Notes under the pieces: model-generated
What the model was told of the DNA's origin: nothing
Seen by the model: the letters and a program-made list of their open reading frames with translations, nothing else
Databases searched by the model: none
Shown here: piece by piece, positions 40,309-48,831 of the stretch
How the letters are laid out: each line of letters starts with the position of its first letter
How positions within the stretch are numbered: the stretch's first letter is position 1
Program-made: the position numbers and the translations under genes
DNA from: Candidatus Bathyarchaeia archaeon
GTDB lineage: Archaea; Thermoproteota; Bathyarchaeia; Bathyarchaeales; Bathycorpusculaceae
Assembly: GCA_038882955.1 (NCBI GenBank)
Contig: JAVZNC010000003.1
Location: forward strand, 96,001 to 160,000
Direction of reading: 5' to 3'
Length of the DNA stretch: 64,000 nt

Positions 40309-41154
40309 ATGGTGTTTAAGGTTAAGAGGATGTCTTCTGAAGACATTGAATTTGCGGTTCGCATAACTGACACCATGAACTGGAACCTAACAGAACAAGA
40401 CTTCGCGTTCATGATGCAACTGGAACCAGAAGGATGCTTTGCACTATTATGCGACTCGGAAAAAATTGGCATCGCAACAACCATATGCTACGGCAAAATC
40501 GGCTGGATTGGAAACGTTGTCGTAGACGAAAAATACCGCAGAAAAGGGGCTGGAAGCACCATTGTAAAGCACGCCATAGACTACTTGAAAAGCAAAGGCG
40601 CCGAAACAATAGGCTTATACGCATACAAGGAAAAGGCTAATTTCTATGCAAGACTAGGCTTCAAACACGACTTACAATTCGCAGTTTTAAACGGCAAAGT
40701 CCGTTCTTCCAGTTTTGAAGCGTCTAACGTGAAAGAAGCGGAAAAAACTGAAATGCGAAAGATAATAGAATTTGACAACTTCTACTTCGGTGCATCGAGA
40801 GAAAAGCTACTGCAAAAAATAGTTAATGAAAAAGACAACTTATGCTACCGTTATGTTGACGATGGGGAAATTTTGGGGTACGTCATGGCAAAGGTTTACG
40901 GACACTACGCGGAGATAGGTCCACTCATCTGCAGAAGAGAAAAAGGCGATATAGCCAAAAACCTTCTAGGTGCAGCGCTGAAAAAGGTTGAGGGCGCTGA
41001 AGTTTCGATGTGTCTACCAAAAAGGGAAAAGGCGATAATAAACATGCTTTTTGATTTCGGATTCAGAGAAAGCTTTACGGTTGTTAGGATGTTTTCTGGA
41101 CCAATAGCTTTTAGGGACTGCATTTACATTGCAGAATCCCTAGAGAGAGGCTGA
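40309..41154 (+). CDS. Tandem GNAT acetyltransferase
   Basis: VVVDEKYRRKGAG, FYARLGF, EIGPL. Confidence 0.9.
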   Translation: MVFKVKRMSSEDIEFAVRITDTMNWNLTEQDFAFMMQLEPEGCFALLCDSEKIGIATTICYGKIGWIGNVVVDEKYRRKGAGSTIVKHAIDYLKSKGAETIGLYAYKEKANFYARLGFKHDLQFAVLNGKVRSSSFEASNVKEAEKTEMRKIIEFDNFYFGASREKLLQKIVNEKDNLCYRYVDDGEILGYVMAKVYGHYAEIGPLICRREKGDIAKNLLGAALKKVEGAEVSMCLPKREKAIINMLFDFGFRESFTVVRMFSGPIAFRDCIYIAESLERG

Positions 41155-41160
41155 AAGCAC

Positions 41161-42519
41161 TTGACACAACAGAACCTAGCCAAAACGATTCTTGAGGATT
41201 TCTTAAAAAATTCACGGTTATGCCTAGAAGTTTTGGTGAAGGAACTCGCACAATTTGAGGGAAACGAGAAAAGGGTATTCGCCTTCTTCCATTTTAAAAA
41301 TGGCAAAAAACACGAGGTTAAGCTTAGCGGCAAACACTTCTTTTTGCGGAGTTCGGTTGAATATTCAAATCCACAGTTAACAGTTGAAGAAGTTCAAGGA
41401 ATAATTGCCGCCCGATTACTCGAAGTTTGCGGAAACTACTTCCACCAGCACGGTTTAGGCGAAATCAAAAAAGAGGACATTAACGAAATATGCGAGAATC
41501 TGCAAAAACCGCCAGAAGGAAAAATCATCGCGTTCCTACTCAACACAGACGACACAGAACCAGACAGATATTCAATGAATCCGCTGAAAGCGTCAATCGT
41601 GACAAGCGGACAAAGCGCTTTCCCATCAGCCTACGTCAAAACTGAGCAGTTAAAAATAGATGAAAACTTCGCCAGAAAGTATGACGGCACACTCATATCG
41701 CAAGGCGAAATTGAACTAATAAGGCACCACTTGGAAACTTGCAACAACAGTTACGTGGACATGGCAGATGCAGTAAAATACGAACAGATTGAGAAGCTTT
41801 CAGAAATCTTCGGAATGAACCTATGCTTATATGCTATACGCATGCCAATCGAAACCCTGCAAAAGGAAGACGCTCAAGGCTTGCTGCACCACATAATAAA
41901 AGAAACGCACAGAGACTATCACGCAATTGAAGGCGCATACCAATGCATGGGCAGAAGCATGAAAAAACGCACAACACTCTTGACCGTTCCGCACTCTGTT
42001 AAGGGTTATGGCTCAAAACGCGCGGCAAGGGGCAGAATATACTTCGAAAATGAGAAACTCAAAAGCGTGAAAGTGACGTACAAGACCACGATGCTTTATC
42101 CAAACGCCATAGACCCAAACGACGTAAGCATAGCAGAAGCCGAAGACGAGTTCACAGTTGAAGGAGAAGCCCTAACAAACTATGATTTCAAGAAAACTCC
42201 ATCATCACCACAGTTCTTCCTTTACGCGCTTGCTTCGCCAGAAAATGCTGCATTGTGGCATGGTATAGGCGTCTTCGGAGCAAAAGAACTGCTGAAAAGC
42301 TACGCCTCAATACGCAAAGCGTGCGCAAACAACAACGCTTTAATAAGGAATCTAGGCGCCTATGGCGTATCCACAAAAGTTCCAGTACAATTTAACCTCG
42401 CACCCCAGCACATGTGGGTTCACCCAAAACACCGCAACATAGACGCAAGCATAGGCTGCGTCCAAAACATTGAAGAACTAGTGAATATGGGCATGCATAT
42501 CGAACACATTCCACCATAA
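41161..42519 (+). CDS. Hypothetical 452-aa soluble protein
   Basis: Long ORF, host-like codon usage, operonic spacing; family not recognised. Confidence 0.85.
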   Translation: MTQQNLAKTILEDFLKNSRLCLEVLVKELAQFEGNEKRVFAFFHFKNGKKHEVKLSGKHFFLRSSVEYSNPQLTVEEVQGIIAARLLEVCGNYFHQHGLGEIKKEDINEICENLQKPPEGKIIAFLLNTDDTEPDRYSMNPLKASIVTSGQSAFPSAYVKTEQLKIDENFARKYDGTLISQGEIELIRHHLETCNNSYVDMADAVKYEQIEKLSEIFGMNLCLYAIRMPIETLQKEDAQGLLHHIIKETHRDYHAIEGAYQCMGRSMKKRTTLLTVPHSVKGYGSKRAARGRIYFENEKLKSVKVTYKTTMLYPNAIDPNDVSIAEAEDEFTVEGEALTNYDFKKTPSSPQFFLYALASPENAALWHGIGVFGAKELLKSYASIRKACANNNALIRNLGAYGVSTKVPVQFNLAPQHMWVHPKHRNIDASIGCVQNIEELVNMGMHIEHIPP

Positions 42520-42533
42520 AAGAGGCGCATAAA

Positions 42534-43145
42534 ATGTTCTTTAGACAAATAAAACATCGCGGCGACAACTTCTCCTACATCATAGCAGACGAAACAACAC
42601 GAGAAGCCGCCGTAATCGACCCAAGCTTCAACACAGAAGCCATAACACAGCTCTTGAAAACACACAGCTTCCAACTAAAATACATTATAAACACCCATGG
42701 ACACGCTGATCACACGGCGGGCAACCAAAAACTACAAGAGAGGTTTAACGCAAAAATCGTAGCTCACAAAAAATCAAAAATCAACAAACACATAAGCATA
42801 GAAGGCGGAGACACCATAAAATTTGGAAAAGTAACAATAAAGGTTATCTACACGCCGGGACACACGCCAGACAGTATATGCCTCCTAGTAAATGGTAAAC
42901 TGCTCACAGGCGACACGCTTTTTGTCGGAGAATGCGGCAGAACAGACTTACCAGGCGGAAGTGCAGAAGACATGTACAACAGCCTCTTCAACAAAATTTT
43001 GAAATTAAACGACGAAATAGAAGTTTATCCCGGACACGACTATGGAGAACAACCATACTCAACGATAGGCAAAGAAAGAAAAACAAATTACACGCTTGAA
43101 AAGCGCACACTCGAAGAATTCATAGAATTCATGAAACAACCATGA
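42534..43145 (+). CDS. MBL-fold hydrolase (glyoxalase II-like)
   Basis: THGHADH, TPGHT, TGDTLF, YPGHDY. Confidence 0.92.
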   Translation: MFFRQIKHRGDNFSYIIADETTREAAVIDPSFNTEAITQLLKTHSFQLKYIINTHGHADHTAGNQKLQERFNAKIVAHKKSKINKHISIEGGDTIKFGKVTIKVIYTPGHTPDSICLLVNGKLLTGDTLFVGECGRTDLPGGSAEDMYNSLFNKILKLNDEIEVYPGHDYGEQPYSTIGKERKTNYTLEKRTLEEFIEFMKQP

Positions 43146-43193
43146 AGACATTCAATAAAGATCGTTGTTTTCCCATAAACCTTCTAAAACTTA

Positions 43194-43218
43194 TGGTGGG
43201 GCCGGCCGGATTTGAACC
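43194..43218 (-). repeat. Perfect 25-bp copy of the tRNA-Trp 3' end (att-like)
   Basis: TGGTGGGGCCGGCCGGATTTGAACC is identical to 46463..46487. Confidence 0.92.
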
Positions 43219-43509
43219 CACGCCTTCTCTTAGATAAGACATCTAATGGTTTCTTATCATCTTCCTTTTTTCTTATTTTCTTTAGTTTTGCCATTTTCTT
43301 TATCCTCTCCTTTTACGTTTATTATTTTGTTATTTGGGGTTTTTAAATGGCAGTAAAGAACTTTCTGTAGTGGTTTCTTCCTTTTCTAACAGACTATGTA
43401 TGAAAAGCGGGAGGTAAAAGCATTCCAGAAGGCGGTTATATTTTTATTTAAGGCTTTGCTATTTGTCGCGTAATACTTATTTAGGCTTGCGCCTTCAAAT
43501 CAATGTGAA

Positions 43510-44823
43510 ATGACCCAAATGAATATTACAACTTCCTTTCTAAAAGATTCTATGATAAAAGGGCAGATTTTTACTTGCACAAATAAGTCAGAGAATGAAT
43601 GCTTTGAGCGTATGCTTTTTGGAACAAACAAACTTTATGCGCCTGCTGTAATGAGAGTAAGAAAAGGAGACCTTTTATTCCTTCTTAATCTGGACACCGA
43701 TATACTTTATGGCGTATTTAGAGCCACTTCTGATGCAAGTATTGATATCGATCCTGAAGCATGGGGAGGAAAGTATCCTTATCAAGTTAAAGTGGAACTT
43801 GTCGGGAAGATACTAATACCTTTAAAAAATGCTAAAAAACTGTTGAAAATACTGAAAATAAAACGCTCTTGCCCGATAAACAAGAAGGTAACTATTAAAC
43901 TCTTTGAACTCTTTCGACCGAGAGATTTGCAAATAGCTGAATGGTATAAACTCTTAAATTCAAATGACATGGCTAACTTAGAAGAAATACAAAAAGAAGA
44001 GCCGAAGTCTTGGGAATTATTCGCTGATTTCAGTGATTTAAAAAGGACTGATTTAGAGCCAGAAGAGGAACTGCCAAATTTAGAAGCCACCACTCTATGG
44101 GATTTTCCAAAACAAAGTTACGGCAAGACGCCTAAAGGTGATAACAAGTATCCCGGAGTTACTCCTGCAGGAGTTATATGGAATCTTGTCTGGAGATACA
44201 CTGAACCTGGGGATTTAGTTGTTGATCCAATGGCAGGTAGTGGAACAACTCTTGATGTATGTAGAGAAGAAGGACGCAGGTGTATCTGTTATGACATCGC
44301 CCCTCAGAGGGCAGATATTATTCAAAATGATTCAAGAGAAATACCTTTGCCAGATGATTACGTGGATTTAGTTTTTGTTGACTCTCCGTATGGAGATAAC
44401 ATAAGATACAATGATAACCCCAATTGTATAGGAAAAATTTCAAGCGAAACTGAAGAATTTTATGAAGAACTCGAAAAAGTGATTAAGGAATGCTATCGAA
44501 TACTAAAACCTGGAAAAGTTCTCGGTTGGCTCATTGGGGATCAGTGGGTAAAAGGAAAGTTTACTCCTGTAGGATTTAAAGTGTATCAGACATTAACTAA
44601 ATATTTTGAAACTCTTGACATAATATGCGTGGTTCGAAGAGGCCAAGCATCTCATACAGGCTTATGGTTCAACCGTGCCAGAAGGTTTAATTTTTTCTTA
44701 CGTGGCTTTAAGTATTTATTTATAATGAAAAAACCATCGCTTGCACATGCTGATGCTGACAAACCGCGAAAAATTAAATGGGCATATTATGAAAGAAATA
44801 CAGTTGGTAAAAATGAAATTTAA
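43510..44823 (+). CDS. DCD-domain / amino (N4C or N6A) DNA methyltransferase fusion
   Basis: N-terminal IFTCTNKSENEC..RMLFG...GDLLFL...LYGVFRA...AW..KYPYQV (DCD); DPMAGSGTT motif I and VDSPY motif IV. Confidence 0.85.
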   Translation: MTQMNITTSFLKDSMIKGQIFTCTNKSENECFERMLFGTNKLYAPAVMRVRKGDLLFLLNLDTDILYGVFRATSDASIDIDPEAWGGKYPYQVKVELVGKILIPLKNAKKLLKILKIKRSCPINKKVTIKLFELFRPRDLQIAEWYKLLNSNDMANLEEIQKEEPKSWELFADFSDLKRTDLEPEEELPNLEATTLWDFPKQSYGKTPKGDNKYPGVTPAGVIWNLVWRYTEPGDLVVDPMAGSGTTLDVCREEGRRCICYDIAPQRADIIQNDSREIPLPDDYVDLVFVDSPYGDNIRYNDNPNCIGKISSETEEFYEELEKVIKECYRILKPGKVLGWLIGDQWVKGKFTPVGFKVYQTLTKYFETLDIICVVRRGQASHTGLWFNRARRFNFFLRGFKYLFIMKKPSLAHADADKPRKIKWAYYERNTVGKNEI

Positions 44824-45508
44824 AGATCTCGTTGGGTTATATGAAGAAAAAAGGCGAATTTACGGAGATGCTACTTATCGGCATATATCTGAGATTTTTG
44901 AGGAGGCTAAAAAACTACACTACAATGATTGGTTAAAGCATCCAACTTCAAAGAAAGATCATGAACAATCGTGGAGGGCTTTTAAAGGGAAAAATTTCGA
45001 GAAGTTGATCTTATACATGATTGAGAAAGAAGTCCAAAGTTTGGGATTAAAAACAGTCAAGGGAGATACGCTTGATAGAACAAGAACCGAAAATCTTAGT
45101 CTCGAGTTAAATAAAGTAAAAAGAAACCTGCTTATTGATTACGGTCAGTTTGGTTGTCATCTTCCTGATGCGGATATTGTAATTTACGAACCTAAAACTT
45201 GCAGAGTTATTGCTATAATTTCAAGTAAAATCACTTTGCGCGAAAGAATTGCTCAGACGGGTTATTGGAAGATTAAACTTTCCAAGGATGAGGTAACTAA
45301 ACATGTAAAAGTGTTTTTTGTAACCACCGACGAAGACGGTGATCTCGTGCGAAGGGCACCAGCTACGAAAGGGAGAGCCATAGTAGAAATTGATACAGAC
45401 GGCGGCTATGTTATGAGTAAAACTCAAGTTGAAGAAGATGATAAAGTGAAAATGTTTGATAAGTTTATTGAAGACTTGAAAAGATGTAGGAATCAAATGT
45501 TAGCATAA
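44813..45508 (+). CDS. Type II restriction endonuclease, BsaWI/Cfr10I-like
   Basis: QSWRAFKGKNFE, LPDADIV, SSKITLRERIAQ (PD...K..RER, typical of CCGG-core enzymes); overlaps MTase stop. Confidence 0.85.
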   Translation: MKFKDLVGLYEEKRRIYGDATYRHISEIFEEAKKLHYNDWLKHPTSKKDHEQSWRAFKGKNFEKLILYMIEKEVQSLGLKTVKGDTLDRTRTENLSLELNKVKRNLLIDYGQFGCHLPDADIVIYEPKTCRVIAIISSKITLRERIAQTGYWKIKLSKDEVTKHVKVFFVTTDEDGDLVRRAPATKGRAIVEIDTDGGYVMSKTQVEEDDKVKMFDKFIEDLKRCRNQMLA

Positions 45509-45529
45509 ATCGGTAACTGCTTTTAAGAT

Positions 45530-46264
45530 TTAAGAGATTCCTTTTAATAAATCACATTCCTTAATTTTGGCTTTGTTGAACCACACAGCAAGAGACCATT
45601 TAGCCATGCATACATCTTTAAAGTTTTTCGATTTCAAGTAAGTTGTTATTTTCTCTGATTTTTTAAGCACTTCTCTAAAAAAATCTTCTCGAACTCTGCA
45701 CCTATTTACTTCATCTTTATTTAACCTAAGAACGCTTGCAACATGGGTATCAAGGATGAGGAGATTATTGTCCATACCGACAAAAATTTTCATAGCTGCT
45801 AAATTTTTGAACGTAACTCTTATTCCTTTGTGAAGCCTTAATTTTTTGAAAATAACAAAAATAGATTGATTTTGTAAAATATGTCCAAAATTTTCCCATG
45901 TGTTATATTCTTTATAAATAACTTCGCAAAGATTCTTCAACTGAATTGAAATTTCATTTCGAAACATTAAAGGCTCTAAAATTTTAGAAATTTTTTCTGC
46001 GGGCATAGACAAAATAACGTTTAAATCAAATAAACGAGTATATTTTGCTAATTTAAAAATCTTAGGTTCAACCTGAACCCATTTTTGAGGTATAGAATAG
46101 AACCAGGAATAAACCACTGCAAATCCTGGGCTAAAATACTCTTTTAGTTTTCGCGCTTTTTTCAAATAATTTTCTGCATCTTTGCCGTTTGAATGGTAGA
46201 TTTCTTCAATTTCCTTGAGTACACTTTGAATTTTTTCCTTTGGTATCTTTGACATTTCAGGCAT
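45530..46264 (-). CDS. Putative HhH-GPD-like DNA glycosylase
   Basis: LRLHKGIRVTFK HhH-like segment followed by LILDTHVASVL. Confidence 0.5.
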   Translation of the reverse strand: MPEMSKIPKEKIQSVLKEIEEIYHSNGKDAENYLKKARKLKEYFSPGFAVVYSWFYSIPQKWVQVEPKIFKLAKYTRLFDLNVILSMPAEKISKILEPLMFRNEISIQLKNLCEVIYKEYNTWENFGHILQNQSIFVIFKKLRLHKGIRVTFKNLAAMKIFVGMDNNLLILDTHVASVLRLNKDEVNRCRVREDFFREVLKKSEKITTYLKSKNFKDVCMAKWSLAVWFNKAKIKECDLLKGIS

Positions 46265-46462
46265 TCTACTGAAAATGTATTAGCTATCCTTTTTTGAATT
46301 TTATTCTTTTCTCGGCTCCAAAAGAGTGGTGCAACGAGTTTTTCCAGTATAAGATTCAATTGGCAACGAAATAACTTTATCAAAACCAAACGCTTAGTCC
46401 GCTTAAGCCACAAAACAAAGTTAACCGTTTCCCCAGCAGCTAAAGGGGGCTGGTTTATGCCG

Positions 46463-46633
46463 TGGTGGGGCCGGCCGGATTTGAACCGGCGACCTTTCCC
46501 CGAAACAGCGCTTGGCTGTTTCTACGGGTTTCTCTTTGACCGCTCCAGAACTTCTTCATTCCGCTCGGGCGGTCCGTAAACCCGTCTATGTGGTTCTGGA
46601 GCCCGTCGTCATGCCTTCCTAGACTACGGCCCC
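46463..46633 (-). tRNA. tRNA-Trp(CCA) with two introns (66 nt at 37/38, about 46530..46595; 28 nt at about 43/44, about 46496..46523)
   Basis: Removing both segments gives a 77-nt cloverleaf ACGGG-CU-CCA-GA-CCCGU-AGGUC-GCCGGUUCAAAUCCGGC-CGGCCCCACCA. Confidence 0.92.
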
Positions 46634-46777
46634 TGCTCTTTCCGAAGAAATATTTGGGGGATGGGATATATGCGTTATTCCCTTTTTGCTGGAATAACGT
46701 TTAATTATTCTTGTTGTGTTTTTGTTAAAGTATTTATTGATAGTTTATGTAAATATGTTGACAGATGTGATTTAGGG

Positions 46778-47878
46778 TTGACAGAAAGGAAAGGCAGCGG
46801 CGCTGGTTCAGGCGGAAGATTTGTTCTTTATAGGGATTTAGATGGAACCGCCTACGAAGTTGATTTGCCTCTGACTTCGCATGTTGACGCTGGGGAACTT
46901 CGGGAAAGTTTGGGTTTGCCTTCATACATAGATTTGAATTATTTTCCGATGAAGAGCGCCATGGTTGTGCTTTGGGCTTCTGTGAACGCGCCTAGGCTTC
47001 ATGAGTTGTACCCGAAAGTTTTTGAGAAGACTGTTAGCAAAAATCCTATTCCGGCGTTGCTTTTTGGCGGCGCAGCCGTGAAGATTCATTGTCCAAGTGC
47101 GAATTGCGGCGGATGCTTAGAAAGGCCGATTAAGGATACGGATTTTATAGTTCCGAAGAAGCAGGGAGTAGATTTTTACAAGCTTTTGTTGAGGATGGAT
47201 GGGGCTTTTGGGACGCAGTACAAGTCTTTCGCCACGGCGAATGATAGGCGGTTTAATGCTTGGAGGCACGGCGAAAGGTATAGGTTAACCACGATTAATG
47301 GGATAACAAGCGAAGGGCTTCCAACGATAACTGTTTTGGACATTTTCTGCGATGCCATAGATTTGAGGCATAAGGTTGACGTTAGAGAAGCATTTGCGAG
47401 TTATAGGGAGAACCTATACACAATAGGTTTGGAGAACCTAATAATTTCAAAGGCGCAGTTCATACTTGACATGCCAAAGGAATGCACGGAAGAACTGAAG
47501 AAGTGCGGATGCGACTACAGGATTCTCTCTTACTCATATTATGCAGAGGACAAAATTGTCGTGGGAATGGAGGAAAAAGACATTAAGGACGTGTGTGCAA
47601 TTTTTTTGGACCATGAAGTTGGTGTTGGAACCGAAGACATAAACGCGCAGAAGATGAAAAAAGCGTTGGAGAAGGATAAGAAACTCGCGTTGACAGTGAC
47701 TCTGAACCTCAAGAACATTGTTGAAAAGGCTGATGCGCTCAAAAAGTGGATGTCGAAGGGCGAAATTTCGAAGGTAACGGAAAGGATAGAGTGTCTCCTC
47801 AAAGAGTTGCCAGTTGTTGACAAGAAGTGGGATAAGCCTTGGTGGAACACCGCCGTTGAAACGCCAACAATCGAGTGA
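46778..47878 (+). CDS. Pol-beta-superfamily nucleotidyltransferase-like protein, paralog 1
   Basis: LFGGAAVKIH, KDTDF, LDIFCD, ISKAQ, KDIKD; TTG start inferred. Confidence 0.75.
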   Translation: MTERKGSGAGSGGRFVLYRDLDGTAYEVDLPLTSHVDAGELRESLGLPSYIDLNYFPMKSAMVVLWASVNAPRLHELYPKVFEKTVSKNPIPALLFGGAAVKIHCPSANCGGCLERPIKDTDFIVPKKQGVDFYKLLLRMDGAFGTQYKSFATANDRRFNAWRHGERYRLTTINGITSEGLPTITVLDIFCDAIDLRHKVDVREAFASYRENLYTIGLENLIISKAQFILDMPKECTEELKKCGCDYRILSYSYYAEDKIVVGMEEKDIKDVCAIFLDHEVGVGTEDINAQKMKKALEKDKKLALTVTLNLKNIVEKADALKKWMSKGEISKVTERIECLLKELPVVDKKWDKPWWNTAVETPTIE

Positions 47879-47879
47879 A

Positions 47880-48773
47880 CTACTTTGCTCTTTTTATCAG
47901 CCTCTTAATCATCGCGTAGGTTTCTTTTCTTGAAAGTCCAGTTCTTGAAAGTGGCAAGTCGAATGTTCCATCTTTTGAATAAAGCCTCAAACATGTTTCG
48001 CGTTTAGGCGTAACGTATATGGTTACATCTGAAAAGTCCGTCCATTTCGCTTCTTTAGCGCTTTTGCCTTCCCAGAGTTTGAAGCCCATGCTGTCCATAA
48101 TAAGCGTCATATGGTAACGTGTCTTGTAGAGGCGGTAACCAACAACAAGTGAAACCATAATTGCAATTAGGAATGAGAGGGGATGCATGGCTTGAGGAAA
48201 ACCGGAGATTGACAAAAAAATTTGGAAAAGCACTATAAACAGTAAAGTTACCGTGAAACTTTTTAAATAGTTTGGAAGGTCGAAAGCCTCTAACTTTGCC
48301 TCTGTCAATTTCAACTGTTTTGCTAAACCTTTTCCAAGAACATTTTCAGAAGTCACTGTTTCCTTTGATTTTAGACTATAGGCGGCGATGCCAACATTTT
48401 TGTCAGCAGTATTCACTATGGCTTCCTTCGTCTCCTTCTGGAATGATTGGGTTTGAACAAGCCCTAGAAAGATCCAGTCTTCAGCGCCAAACTTGCTTTT
48501 ACAAGCCAAAACTAGTTTCCTAACAAGTTTAGGGTCAAAGTTCTGCTGCGTATAAAGCAACAAGTGAATCTTGTATCTTGGCGTAACTAACGCGGAGAAA
48601 ATCTTTGAAAGAAAAAAACCCTTTTCTTGCAAGCTTCCGAAAGCATATAGAGGAAAAACAACGTCACCCACTTGGTAGTCTTCGTGGATTTCGCTGAAAT
48701 TGGCTAGCCACCGTAGGTTTCCACGCACGAGTTGCTCTTCAACGATATCTGTTACAAATTCAAGTTCAGACAA
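47880..48773 (-). CDS. Membrane protein: soluble alpha/beta N-domain, 2 TM, PH-like C-domain
   Basis: Two TM helices followed by KWTDFSDVTIY...CLRLYSKDG pattern resembling bacterial PH domains. Confidence 0.65.
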   Translation of the reverse strand: MSELEFVTDIVEEQLVRGNLRWLANFSEIHEDYQVGDVVFPLYAFGSLQEKGFFLSKIFSALVTPRYKIHLLLYTQQNFDPKLVRKLVLACKSKFGAEDWIFLGLVQTQSFQKETKEAIVNTADKNVGIAAYSLKSKETVTSENVLGKGLAKQLKLTEAKLEAFDLPNYLKSFTVTLLFIVLFQIFLSISGFPQAMHPLSFLIAIMVSLVVGYRLYKTRYHMTLIMDSMGFKLWEGKSAKEAKWTDFSDVTIYVTPKRETCLRLYSKDGTFDLPLSRTGLSRKETYAMIKRLIKRAK

Positions 48774-48831
48774 ACATTAAACACCATGTTTTTGACAGTT
48801 TTAGATGAATAAAAAGGATGGGGTATTTAGG

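Larger units (their letters stand above)
43194..46487. mobile_element. tRNA-Trp-anchored defence island
   Basis: 25-bp direct repeats, AT-rich cargo of RM genes, no integrase. Confidence 0.75.

Noticed and set aside
43231-43345. GATAAGA/TCTTATC hairpin and long T-rich tract inside the island edge
   Set aside because: Consistent with a terminator or low-complexity DNA; no independent support
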